Assembly: GCA_965243395.1 (NCBI GenBank)
Contig: CBDEUS010000002.1
Coordinates: forward strand, 864,001-928,000
Direction: 5' to 3'
From: Gammaproteobacteria bacterium
GTDB lineage: Bacteria > Pseudomonadota > Gammaproteobacteria > UBA4575
Length of the DNA stretch: 64,000 bases
Below, one piece after another: positions 1 to 9,569 of this stretch (its first letter is position 1; each line of letters opens with the position of its first letter). The notes below the pieces were generated by a model, which saw only the letters and a program-made list of their open reading frames with translations, was not told the DNA's origin and did not search any database. The translations under genes and the position numbers were made by a program.

Positions 1-264
1 CAGTTACAGGCTCGTTTAGCTGTTGAGTTGGAAATGAGCAGTAAAGGTGAGCGACTTAGTGTTGTAAGGCCTGCTTATTTACCAAAAAGACCTGATCGTC
101 CAAATCGCAAAGTGCTTGCAATACTTGGTTTTATATTTGCTGTTGGGGCGGGTATCGGGATGATGATCGTTAGGGAGATTAGTGATCGTACAATCTATGA
201 TGTTAATGGCTTAGTAGCAGTCTTTCGTGCACCGCCAATTGCGACTATACCGGTTATTCGGTGA
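1..264 (+). CDS. Polysaccharide co-polymerase / chain-length determinant (Wzz/GumC-like), 3' fragment, truncated by window edge
   Basis: Frame open from base 1; Pro-rich PAYLPKRPDRPNR followed by a TM helix and C-terminal IATIP, typical PCP C-terminus; next gene is a BY-kinase. Confidence 0.8.
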   Translation, partial: QLQARLAVELEMSSKGERLSVVRPAYLPKRPDRPNRKVLAILGFIFAVGAGIGMMIVREISDRTIYDVNGLVAVFRAPPIATIPVIR

Positions 265-437
265 TTGAAAGCGCAATGAATAGGCTTTAAACGATCTGGA
301 TATTATGTGCATCATACTAAAACCACGACCCTATCACTGATTATATGTGGAATTTGCACTATCCTGAGCACAATAGAATCTTTTATAAATATCAGTTGTA
401 AAAAATTACTTCATAAATAAATACTTAGTTCTTGGTC

Positions 438-1235
438 ATGAGTCAAATAGAAAAAGCTATAGAGATCGCTCAACGAGATGGAAGCAGGATTCGAGGTGGG
501 CTCAATACGAGGAATAGTAGCGATACTATTTCAGTTAAATATATAAAAACTAAAAAATTTAATCCTAATAAACGTATATTAAAAAAGAATCGCGTTTTAA
601 GTGTAATTGAAGACGAAAGTGTTATTGGTTCATATCGCTTTTTGAGAACCCGTGTTTTACAACGCATGAAGCAAAATAATTGGAGAACGTTAGGGGTTAC
701 TAGTACCGTAAAGAATGCAGGTAAGACCTTATCTGCAGTAAATCTTGGTATTAGTATAGCAATGAAAAAAAATCATACAGCATTAATAGTCGATTCTGAT
801 TTAAGAAATCCGAGTGTATCGGACTTATTTGGTTATAAGACAAGTATGGGTTTAGGGGACTATTTAAAATCAAACGCCCGAATAGATGATATGTTTGTTA
901 ATCCAGGTATCGATAACTTTAGCTTTATACCAGGTCATAAGCGAACACAAGCGTCATCTGAGCTCTTATCGACGCGAAAAATGTCTCGTTTGACACATGA
1001 GCTTAAAACACGCTATCCCGCGCGAATTGTAATTTTTGATCTGCCCCCAGTATTAGCTGGAGATGATGTTGTTGCGTTTGCACCTAATTTAGACGCAATA
1101 TTAATTATCGTTGAGGAGGGTGCAACAAAATCACATCAACTTAAGCAGTCCTTGGATTTATTAGAGGGCTCTAACTTTATTGGTGCAGTTCTAAATAAAT
1201 CTAAACATCTGCAAAGTTACGAATATTATTACTAA
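438..1235 (+). CDS. Stand-alone CpsD/CapB-family BY tyrosine kinase
   Basis: Walker A STVKNAGKT, Walker A' LIVDSDLRNP, Walker B VIFDLPP, C-terminal Tyr cluster SYEYYY; ATG at 438 preferred over TTG at 432. Confidence 0.9.
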   Translation: MSQIEKAIEIAQRDGSRIRGGLNTRNSSDTISVKYIKTKKFNPNKRILKKNRVLSVIEDESVIGSYRFLRTRVLQRMKQNNWRTLGVTSTVKNAGKTLSAVNLGISIAMKKNHTALIVDSDLRNPSVSDLFGYKTSMGLGDYLKSNARIDDMFVNPGIDNFSFIPGHKRTQASSELLSTRKMSRLTHELKTRYPARIVIFDLPPVLAGDDVVAFAPNLDAILIIVEEGATKSHQLKQSLDLLEGSNFIGAVLNKSKHLQSYEYYY

Positions 1236-1405
1236 CAGTAATATATGTATCAGTTAATTGCAGGTCTTCATATTTAAATATTAATTTAGTTTTGCACATA
1301 TTGTCACTGTTTTCAGTGGCAATTTAATTATAAATAACATAATTACTTTTTGTTAAAAATAAGTAGACTAGATTATTTTACGTAAATTAATTAAAGATTT
1401 AAGTT

Positions 1406-2179
1406 ATGAAAGCAGTCATATTAGCTGGAGGTTTAGGTACTAGAATCTCTGAAGAGACAACTATAAAACCAAAACCAATGGTAGAAATTGGTGGTTATCC
1501 AATTTTATGGCATATCATGAAAATATATTCATGTGCGGGTATTAATGATTTTATTATTTGCGGCGGTTATAAAGCTCATGTAATAAAAGAATATTTTGCG
1601 AATTATTCTCTACATAGATCTGATATTACGTTTGATCTTAAAAATGATACTCAAACAATACATGCTAGTACCGCTGAACCTTGGTCTGTAACTGTAGTGG
1701 ATACTGGTCCTGTCACGATGACTGGCGGAAGATTAAAACGTGTAAAAGAATATATAGGAAATGAGACATTTTGTTTCACGTATGGAGATGGTCTTGCAGA
1801 TATTAACTTGCCTGAGTTAATTAAATTTCATAAACAACAAAATTGTTCAGCTACTTTAACTGCTACACAACCCCCTGGTAGATTTGGAGCATTTACCTTA
1901 GGTAAAGATCAAGAAAAAATTACCTCATTTCATGAAAAGCCAAGTGGAGATGGCGCATGGATCAATGGAGGATACTTTGTTCTTGAGCCAAATGTAATCG
2001 ACTATATTGATAATGACGCAACGGTTTGGGAACAAGAACCCTTGCAAAACTTGGCAAAAGATGGATTGTTATCTGCTTATAAGCATAGTGGCTTTTGGCA
2101 GCCTATGGATACTTTGCGTGACAAGCATTTTCTTGAGTCGCTTTGGGAAAATGATAAAGCGCCATGGAAAAAATGGTAA
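1406..2179 (+). CDS. rfbF: Glucose-1-phosphate cytidylyltransferase
   Basis: KAVILAGGLGTRISEET, KPKPMVEIG, MTGGRLKR, FWQPMDTLRDK, APWKKW. Confidence 0.95.
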   Translation: MKAVILAGGLGTRISEETTIKPKPMVEIGGYPILWHIMKIYSCAGINDFIICGGYKAHVIKEYFANYSLHRSDITFDLKNDTQTIHASTAEPWSVTVVDTGPVTMTGGRLKRVKEYIGNETFCFTYGDGLADINLPELIKFHKQQNCSATLTATQPPGRFGAFTLGKDQEKITSFHEKPSGDGAWINGGYFVLEPNVIDYIDNDATVWEQEPLQNLAKDGLLSAYKHSGFWQPMDTLRDKHFLESLWENDKAPWKKW

Positions 2180-2207
2180 GCAATCTAATTTGGTTTGATT
2201 ATTAATT

Positions 2208-3407
2208 TTGAATACTTCAGATTTTCTTGTCATTGGTGGCGGTATCATTGGATTGGCCATTGCACGCAATCTTAAGTCTAGATTTCAGGACGCAAAAATA
2301 AATGTAATTGAAAAAGAAAAATCCGTCGGTCTGCATGCGAGTGGCCGCAACAGTGGAGTTCTGCATGCGGGTTTTTATTATACTGCAGATAGTTTAAAAG
2401 CACGTTTTACACGTGATGGCAATCGTCTTTTGACAGAGTACTGTGAAGAAAAAAATATAAATTTAAATAAATGCGGCAAATTGGTAGTCGCTAAAAATGA
2501 ATCTGAAGATGCCATGTTAGATGAATTAATGCGGCGTGGTGATAATAATGGTGTTGAGCTTGAGTTAATTGACATTAAGCAGGCACAGGAAATAGAGCCT
2601 AAGGTTAAAACATTTCGAAGAGCTATTTTCTCTCCTAATACTGCAACTGCAGATCCTGGAGAAGTAATTAGTGCTTTCGAGGCAGATGCTAGATCAGAAA
2701 ACATTAATATATTTTATGAACAAGCTTATGTTTCAGGTGCAAATAATACTATTGAAACTACAAGTGCAAAATTTAGTGCAGGTTATGTCATTAATTGTGC
2801 GGGTCTATATGCAGACCATATCGCTAAACAATTTGGTTTTTCACAGGATTATGCCATATTGCCTTTTAAGGGCTTGTATCTAAAATCTGATGAGCCAGCA
2901 GGCACTTACCGCACTAATATTTACCCTGTCCCAGATCTAGATAATCCGTTTTTAGGCGTGCATTTCACCATCAAGGTAGATGGTACAGCTAAGATTGGTC
3001 CTACCGCTATTCCCGCTTTGTGGCGTGAGCAATATCAAGGTTTAAGCAGATTTCAACTGAATGAGCTAGCCGATATAGCAGCCCGTTCAATGGGGCTACT
3101 ACTTAGGTCAGATTTTGATTTTAAGCGAATCGCGGCCACAGAAATACTGAAATACTCTCGCCGTAGAATGGTAAGCCTAGCAAAAGACTTGGTTCAAGAA
3201 ATTGATCATAAAGTTTTTAAAGAATGGGCAAAACCTGGAATTCGTGCACAGTTAGTAGACTTGAAAAAACGTAAACTAGAAATGGATTTTGTGTTAGAGA
3301 GCGATGATCAATCTATGCATGTATTAAATGCAGTGTCCCCAGGTTGGACATGCTCAATCCCATTTTCGGCTTATGTAGTAGATGAAATTATCAGGAGTAT
3401 GAGTTGA
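2208..3407 (+). CDS. FAD-dependent oxidoreductase, L-2-hydroxyglutarate oxidase (LhgO) family
   Basis: IGGGIIG, HASGRNSGVLHAGFYY..SLKA, IYPVPD..PFLGVHFT, GIRAQL, HVLNAVSP. Confidence 0.8.
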   Translation: MNTSDFLVIGGGIIGLAIARNLKSRFQDAKINVIEKEKSVGLHASGRNSGVLHAGFYYTADSLKARFTRDGNRLLTEYCEEKNINLNKCGKLVVAKNESEDAMLDELMRRGDNNGVELELIDIKQAQEIEPKVKTFRRAIFSPNTATADPGEVISAFEADARSENINIFYEQAYVSGANNTIETTSAKFSAGYVINCAGLYADHIAKQFGFSQDYAILPFKGLYLKSDEPAGTYRTNIYPVPDLDNPFLGVHFTIKVDGTAKIGPTAIPALWREQYQGLSRFQLNELADIAARSMGLLLRSDFDFKRIAATEILKYSRRRMVSLAKDLVQEIDHKVFKEWAKPGIRAQLVDLKKRKLEMDFVLESDDQSMHVLNAVSPGWTCSIPFSAYVVDEIIRSMS

Positions 3408-4456
3408 ACATTAGAAAAATATTAGTTACTGGAAATATGGGCTATATAGGCCCGGAGCTTATTAAAAAATTAAGATCAAGCTATCCGGATGCAAAGATTG
3501 TAGGCGTGGATTTAGGCTTTTTTGCGCATTGTCTTACTGGAGCTGATGTTTTGCCTGAACGAAATGTTGATCACCAATATTTTCAAGATGTCAGAAAACT
3601 TGATGCTGAGTTATTGAAAGATGTAGATGCCATTGTGCATTTGGCCGCTGTTTCAAATGATCCTATGGGTAATGCGTATGAAAGTGTTACAGCTGCCATA
3701 AATCATCAATCAAGCGTAAATATTGCAAAATTAGCAAAACAATCTGGAGTAAGTGCTTATGTATTTGCTTCAAGCTGTAGCGTCTATGGTTATGCGGAAG
3801 GAGATGCCAGAGATGAAAACTCTGAGCTGAATCCGCTTACCGCTTATGCTAAATCTAAAATCAATACAGAGTTGGATATTTGTGATTTAGCCGATGATAA
3901 ATTTAAGATTACATGCTTACGCTTTCCAACCGCATGTGGAATGAGTGATCGTTTGCGTTTGGATCTAGTATTGAATGATTTTGTTGCTTCTGCAGTAGCT
4001 ACAAATAAAATTACTATTTTGAGTGACGGTACTCCATGGCGTCCACTTATTGATATTAAAGATATGTCGACAGCAATTGATTGGGCAATCTCAAGACAAG
4101 CTGACGCCACTAATCAATTTCTAGCAATAAATGCGGGTCGCACAGAATGGAATTACCAAGTTAAAGATCTTGCTGATGCAGTAAAAGAATTAATGCCTGA
4201 TGTTGATATAGATATCAATACAGAGGCTGCTCCTGACAAGCGATCTTATCGTGTCGATTTTAGCAAGTATGCTGATATGGCACCCGATCACATGCCCCAA
4301 GTAGATTTGATGCAGTCCATTAAGGAATTAAAAACAGGTCTGGAAAAGATTTGTTTCAATAATCCCGATTTTAGAAATTCACAATTTATGCGTCTTAAAG
4401 TATTAACTAGCCATCAAGAAAAAGGCTTATTGACTGATCAACTTGAGTGGGTTTAG
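3404..4456 (+). CDS. Extended-SDR NDP-sugar oxidoreductase/epimerase
   Basis: ILVTGNMGYIG, HLAAVSNDP, SSCSVYG, YAKSK, RLRLDLVLN, DGTPWRP. Confidence 0.85.
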   Translation: MNIRKILVTGNMGYIGPELIKKLRSSYPDAKIVGVDLGFFAHCLTGADVLPERNVDHQYFQDVRKLDAELLKDVDAIVHLAAVSNDPMGNAYESVTAAINHQSSVNIAKLAKQSGVSAYVFASSCSVYGYAEGDARDENSELNPLTAYAKSKINTELDICDLADDKFKITCLRFPTACGMSDRLRLDLVLNDFVASAVATNKITILSDGTPWRPLIDIKDMSTAIDWAISRQADATNQFLAINAGRTEWNYQVKDLADAVKELMPDVDIDINTEAAPDKRSYRVDFSKYADMAPDHMPQVDLMQSIKELKTGLEKICFNNPDFRNSQFMRLKVLTSHQEKGLLTDQLEWV

Positions 4457-4500
4457 TTTTTGTTATCAAGCAAATCAAATGCATAAAAATAGGATAAGAA

Positions 4501-5028
4501 ATGCAATTTACTGAGACAAAACTTAAAAGTGGTTTTATCATCGATATCCAGAAAATTGAGGATGATCGAGGATTTTTTGCACGTAGTTTTTGTAAGAATG
4601 AATTTAAAGAACAGGGTATTAGCTCTGATTTAGCGCAGGCAAATATTTCGTTTAACAAATACAAAGGAACTTTACGTGGCTTGCATTATCAAGGTTCACC
4701 TCATGAAGAAGCCAAACTCGTACGTTGTACTAAAGGCGCTATCTTTGATGTCATGGTAGATCTACGTGAAGACTCACCAACTTTTTGCCAATGGGTTGGT
4801 GCAGAGCTCACTGCAGAAAATCATCGAATGTTGTTAATTCCAGAAGGGTTTGGACATGGATTTCAAACCTTGGAAGATAACACTGAAGTGATCTACCAGG
4901 TATCTGAGTTTTATACTCCATCAGCCGAAAAGGGTGCTCTATATAATGATCCTGCATTCGGTATTGAGTGGCCACTGGATGTTTCGGTCATTTCCGATAA
5001 AGATGCAAACTGGGCGGCGTTTAATTAA
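4501..5028 (+). CDS. rfbC: NDP-4-keto-hexose 3,5-epimerase (RmlC/RfbC cupin family)
   Basis: DDRGFFAR, GTLRGLHYQ, KLVRC, IPEGFGHGFQ, IEWP, ISDKD. Confidence 0.9.
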   Translation: MQFTETKLKSGFIIDIQKIEDDRGFFARSFCKNEFKEQGISSDLAQANISFNKYKGTLRGLHYQGSPHEEAKLVRCTKGAIFDVMVDLREDSPTFCQWVGAELTAENHRMLLIPEGFGHGFQTLEDNTEVIYQVSEFYTPSAEKGALYNDPAFGIEWPLDVSVISDKDANWAAFN

Positions 5029-5098
5029 TAAGTTTTATTTAAATATGATTAACAAAGCTTAGACCAAGGCATCTAAGCAATTTTAAGAGCTACAAGTT

Positions 5099-6388
5099 AT
5101 GTTCATTATTGATAACGCATTAAAGCAACGTGAAGCAGACAATAAGCCTATAAAAGTTGGAATGGTAGGTGCCGGTTTTATGGGTCGTGGCATCACTTTG
5201 CAGATATTAAATGTCGTGCCAGGTATGGAGTTGGTAGCTATATCAAATCGCTCCATTGATGGTGCGATACGCGCCTATAACGAAGCAGGTTGTGAAGAAA
5301 CTACACAGGTTGATTCGTTATCCGCATTAGAATCAGCAATTAGTACTGGAAAGAAAGCCGTTACAGATAACCCGCTACTATTATGTCAGGCTGATCAAAT
5401 TGATGTCATTGTAGAAGTTACTGGAACTATTGAACTTGGCGCCCAAGTTGCGCTGGAAGCGATTAATCACGGTAAACATGTAGTGGCAATGAACCCTGAA
5501 TTAGACGGCACTTTGGGACCGGTTCTTAAACACTATGCGGATAAAGCTGGAGTCGTATTTACAGATGCTGATGGTGATCAGCCAGGTGTAATAATGAATC
5601 TCTATCGATTTGTAAAAGGTATGGGTGTTAAACCAGTTCTGTGTGGAAATATTAAAGGTTTACAAGATCCTTATCGTAATCCTACAACTCAAGAAGGATT
5701 CGCCAAGAAATGGGGTCAGAAAGCTCATATGGTGACTTCCTTTGCAGATGGAACCAAAGTGTCTTTTGAGCAAGCTGTGGTGGCGAATGCAACGGATATG
5801 CGAGTGGCTAAACGGGGAATGCATGGACCCACAGTTGAATCAGGTACTCCACTAAAAGAAGCGATTAAATTGTTTCCTAGTGAAGATTTAGAAAAAGGTA
5901 ATGGCATAGTTGATTATGTGGTGGGGGCTGAGCCAGGCCCAGGTGTATTTGTTATAGGGATGCATGACCATCCACAACAACAACATTATCTTAATTTATA
6001 CAAGCTAGGTGAGGGCCCATTCTATTTGTATTACACGCCTTACCATTTATGTCATTTTGAAGTCCATAACACAATCGCACGTGCTGCATTATTTAACGAC
6101 GCTACGATTACACCTATCGATGGGCCCAAAGTTGATGTAGCAACGATTGCGAAAATTGATTTGAAAGCAGGCGAGACATTAGATGGGATGGGCTATTACA
6201 TGACTTATGGTGAAGCAGAAAATTCAGATATTGTTAAAAAGGATCGGCTTTTACCAATTGGTCTAGCTGAGGGCTGTAAATTAAAAGTTGATATTAAAAA
6301 GGATCAAGCTTTAACTTATGACGATGTAGAAGTACCGAGCGGTAGATTTGGTGATAAGCTACGAGCAGAACAAGACCAGTTATTTTAA
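5099..6388 (+). CDS. NAD(P)-dependent oxidoreductase, homoserine-dehydrogenase-like with C-terminal SAF domain
   Basis: VGAGFMG Rossmann, DGDQPG, SFADGTK, PYHLCHFE, SAF-type AKIDLKAGETLDGMG...LPIGLAEG...LTYDDV. Confidence 0.8.
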   Translation: MFIIDNALKQREADNKPIKVGMVGAGFMGRGITLQILNVVPGMELVAISNRSIDGAIRAYNEAGCEETTQVDSLSALESAISTGKKAVTDNPLLLCQADQIDVIVEVTGTIELGAQVALEAINHGKHVVAMNPELDGTLGPVLKHYADKAGVVFTDADGDQPGVIMNLYRFVKGMGVKPVLCGNIKGLQDPYRNPTTQEGFAKKWGQKAHMVTSFADGTKVSFEQAVVANATDMRVAKRGMHGPTVESGTPLKEAIKLFPSEDLEKGNGIVDYVVGAEPGPGVFVIGMHDHPQQQHYLNLYKLGEGPFYLYYTPYHLCHFEVHNTIARAALFNDATITPIDGPKVDVATIAKIDLKAGETLDGMGYYMTYGEAENSDIVKKDRLLPIGLAEGCKLKVDIKKDQALTYDDVEVPSGRFGDKLRAEQDQLF

Positions 6389-6422
6389 ATTATTGATATT
6401 GTAAGTGTAAGATTTGTTACAA

Positions 6423-6830
6423 CTAACTTTCAATTACATCTCTAAGTAAATTATTTGCATTCTTTTTATTGGTGCCATAATAAACAAGATATCCAGTGAC
6501 ATCTCCTGGAACATCGTTCCATGAGAGGCTTAAGGTTTTTTCATTTTTTAAGACACTACATATAGCACCAGAGAAATCAGATTCTGTAACATTATTGTAG
6601 GATTTAATTCTAAAACAGACTTTTTCTCCTTTTTCCAGACCAAGCTCTAGTATGGGATCTATTTCAATTGAATTGCTCAGGGTTTTTGGTGACGATGAGC
6701 TTGAAGAAGATGGCGCCAAACTAGACTGCGCTGATTGTTCCTCAGAAGAAGAACTACCTCCACCACCGCAACCACAAATTATTAAGGATACGATTGCTAG
6801 TACCCACGAAGAGTATTTAATTTTTTCCAA
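6423..6830 (-). CDS. Lipoprotein with Gly/Ser linker and fibronectin type III-like segments
   Basis: Signal peptide ending IICG-C, GGGGSSSS and poly-Ser linker, FN3-type motifs CFRIKSYN..ESDFS and LSLSW..GYLVYYG. Confidence 0.7.
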   Translation of the reverse strand: MEKIKYSSWVLAIVSLIICGCGGGGSSSSEEQSAQSSLAPSSSSSSSPKTLSNSIEIDPILELGLEKGEKVCFRIKSYNNVTESDFSGAICSVLKNEKTLSLSWNDVPGDVTGYLVYYGTNKKNANNLLRDVIES

Positions 6831-6968
6831 CTCCAGAAAACCTCTTTCTAAATTAAGTTCCTAAAAATTTGATCTGATATAAGATTTCAAATTAATGTTA
6901 ATTAAAATCAGGAAGTTATGAAAATAATTTCAAGTAAAATCAATAACTTATTAACCCTAAATTATTTT

Positions 6969-6984
6969 TGTGAACCGTATCACA
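6969..6984. promoter_or_regulatory. Perfect CRP/Vfr/Clp-type box
   Basis: TGTGA-ACCGTA-TCACA, about 140 bp upstream of the lipoprotein start. Confidence 0.65.
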
Positions 6985-7239
6985 AATATAGAGAATCGCT
7001 TACGAGATCGGTATAAGCGGCATTATTGACAAGACAAAAGGTGTTGCTTGTTTTAGTTACCGTAGAAAGTTTGCTTAAAGTTTCTAAAGATAGAATTTAA
7101 ATCGTTTTTTTAAAGTGCTTAAAACGATTAGAAAGGTAAAGAACTGATAGCTATTAAAAATACAACTAAGCACTTTAATGTCAGCGATATGTTGTAGTCT
7201 TTTTTTATATAGATCGCGGCTAATTAGTGCGCATTAATT

Positions 7240-8184
7240 TTACTTTTTTGCACCCACGCACACAGTTGTGAAGGCAAGACGCACTAAAGCCCATCGAGGA
7301 GAAAGACCGAGTTTTTTTACTTTAGGAATTTTGAACAGTCTCATTATATTGCGTGCACCGGCACGATCCCCTACTCGTAGTCTTCGATAAGTTCCGGCAA
7401 GAATAAACTGATGGAAAAATTGAGCCTGCGATTGTTTTAATACTTTCTCTGATAATACACCTGAAGGAACAAATTTCTGAAAAATGTTTGCAAGTATTGA
7501 TATCGACTCTTCATTGAAGAGCGCGTAACTATCGGCTCCAGGGTGGACATAATAAGCACAGGTAACGGATCGTAACAAACGAACACCGAAGGTACTAAAT
7601 AGCCTAATGTACATCGCGATATCTTCTTTTCCTTTTAGGCCTGATTCCCATAAGCCAACTTCAGCGTAAGCATCACGGTGAATTACTATCGCAGGCATAC
7701 GTACCATAGAAGAGTTTGACAATATTCGCTGCAATGCTCTTGCAGGCGGAAGAAAATGATCATGGTTATATGTATGAGTGCGAAGAATTCGGTCATTAGG
7801 ATCGACTACATTGACACCGAATAATAGAACACGATCTGATTGTACTGTTCTATCTAAATTATCAAGTATTTTGGATAAACCTTCAGGTAACAAATAATCA
7901 TCATCATGTAGTACCTGTATCCATTTGCCCGTTGCTAGAGTGATTGCTTGGTTCTGGTTATCAATACGTGGTAAGGCAGGGACATTATGTCGATAAATAA
8001 CTGGTCCGAGCCAAGTTTGTTTAAACTCAGTAACGAGCGCTTCGGATTCGTTATTTGTTGAATTATCGGAAATAATGACTTCGACATTCTTCATCCGCGG
8101 ATGAGGGTTATCCTGTAACGAAGCTAACGCCTTGCGTAGCAAGTCGGGTCGATTATAAGTAGGGATACAGATGCTTAATTGCAT
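7240..8184 (-). CDS. Glycosyltransferase family 2
   Basis: LSICIPTYNR, IISDNST, VLHDDDYL, EDIAM. Confidence 0.9.
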   Translation of the reverse strand: MQLSICIPTYNRPDLLRKALASLQDNPHPRMKNVEVIISDNSTNNESEALVTEFKQTWLGPVIYRHNVPALPRIDNQNQAITLATGKWIQVLHDDDYLLPEGLSKILDNLDRTVQSDRVLLFGVNVVDPNDRILRTHTYNHDHFLPPARALQRILSNSSMVRMPAIVIHRDAYAEVGLWESGLKGKEDIAMYIRLFSTFGVRLLRSVTCAYYVHPGADSYALFNEESISILANIFQKFVPSGVLSEKVLKQSQAQFFHQFILAGTYRRLRVGDRAGARNIMRLFKIPKVKKLGLSPRWALVRLAFTTVCVGAKK

Positions 8185-8570
8185 GTTATTGATTTAATTG
8201 AATTTAATACTACCTAACAATATGAGTGGTTTTTAGGCTTCCAGGTTCATATTAATCCTAAAAGAGATGAATCACATCTGCTCGTGATTATGTTATTTGT
8301 ATTTGTTTAAACTTGTGTTTTTTAACAGAATTAGTTCATAGAATTGTATAAACAATACAATAAATTGAAGATTATATTTGTGACATATGACAATTAACTA
8401 TCTATCAATTTAATTATACTACTCACTCTCTTAGTCATCACTTTATAGCTATGTTAAGTTTAATCACTGATGAGTTGGTGTTTATTGAGTGATCGACAGC
8501 AATGAGCATATATAATTAACTATACATAATACGCTTGATATAAAAATATAATGCAGGTCTTACTGCATTT

Positions 8571-9461
8571 TTGGTGAATAATTTGCAAAATCAAACAAAA
8601 AGATGGTTGCTTACAAAAGTAACTCAAATCCCTTTTATATATTCGCTAGTTACAAATAGTCGATTCAAACTAGAGCGTCGTTTAATCAAGGGTATCAATT
8701 CAAACTCTAATAATCATAAAAGCATAATTCATTTCTCGGTTAACAAAGCCGCTACGCAATATACAAAATCGATTATAAGTCGTTGTGCGAAACATAATGG
8801 CTTGCAGCACGTGCAAATGAATGAGTACGCGAGACATTCAGATTTTCCTTATTTGGATCATCTTTCCGAACAAGAAATGAAAAAGTATCAGCATTTATTT
8901 ATACCCACTGGATATCTTTATAGTGTATTTGGAGGGATGATAGATGGAATTCCTAGTCTTGAGAATTATTACACTATATTGATGGTTCGAGATCCAAGGG
9001 ATGTAGTTACATCTTGGTTTTACTCGATTGCTTATAGCCATTCCCCTCCTGGTGTCCATAAATCAGATGAATTTTATGAGAATGCAAAATATGCTCAAGA
9101 ATTTGGAATTGATAAGTTCGTAATCAAGAATGCAGATAAAACTCGTGTTGTATTTCAACGTTATCTTGATCTGTTAGTTAATAAACATTCAAATTATCAT
9201 CTAACTAGATACGAAGATATGACTAATGATTTTGAAAGCTGGTTAAGCAATCTTCTTCACTATTGTGAGCTCGATGTTTCTAGTAGCTTAAGACAGGAGC
9301 TACTAGATGAGGCATATAGTATTCGCCCCAAAAATGAGAATATAAACAAACATATTCGCCAGGCTAAGCCCGGCGACCACAAAAGAAAATTAAATCAGAA
9401 TACGATAGATTATATTGAAGAATTATTTGCAGATATTCTAAAGGGATTTGGATATTTATAA
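8571..9461 (+). CDS. PAPS-dependent sulfotransferase (atypical 5'-PSB loop)
   Basis: HFSVNKAATQY, 3'-PB motif VRDPRDVVTSWFYS, RYEDM, HIRQAKPGDHK. Confidence 0.8.
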   Translation: MVNNLQNQTKRWLLTKVTQIPFIYSLVTNSRFKLERRLIKGINSNSNNHKSIIHFSVNKAATQYTKSIISRCAKHNGLQHVQMNEYARHSDFPYLDHLSEQEMKKYQHLFIPTGYLYSVFGGMIDGIPSLENYYTILMVRDPRDVVTSWFYSIAYSHSPPGVHKSDEFYENAKYAQEFGIDKFVIKNADKTRVVFQRYLDLLVNKHSNYHLTRYEDMTNDFESWLSNLLHYCELDVSSSLRQELLDEAYSIRPKNENINKHIRQAKPGDHKRKLNQNTIDYIEELFADILKGFGYL

Positions 9462-9569
9462 ATAAATTTTTATAGTAAGTATGTAAGGTAAACGATTTAA
9501 CTTAGCATCGTCCGTTTAAATTTAGTTTATTCAATTTATAATACTACAGCTTGATTAAGCTGTTGTTTA

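Noticed and set aside
5057-5078. Short intergenic hairpins (also 7100-7129, 9546-9563, 41728-41740, 55742-55763)
   Set aside because: Unrelated in sequence, so not a REP family; at most ordinary terminators or stability hairpins
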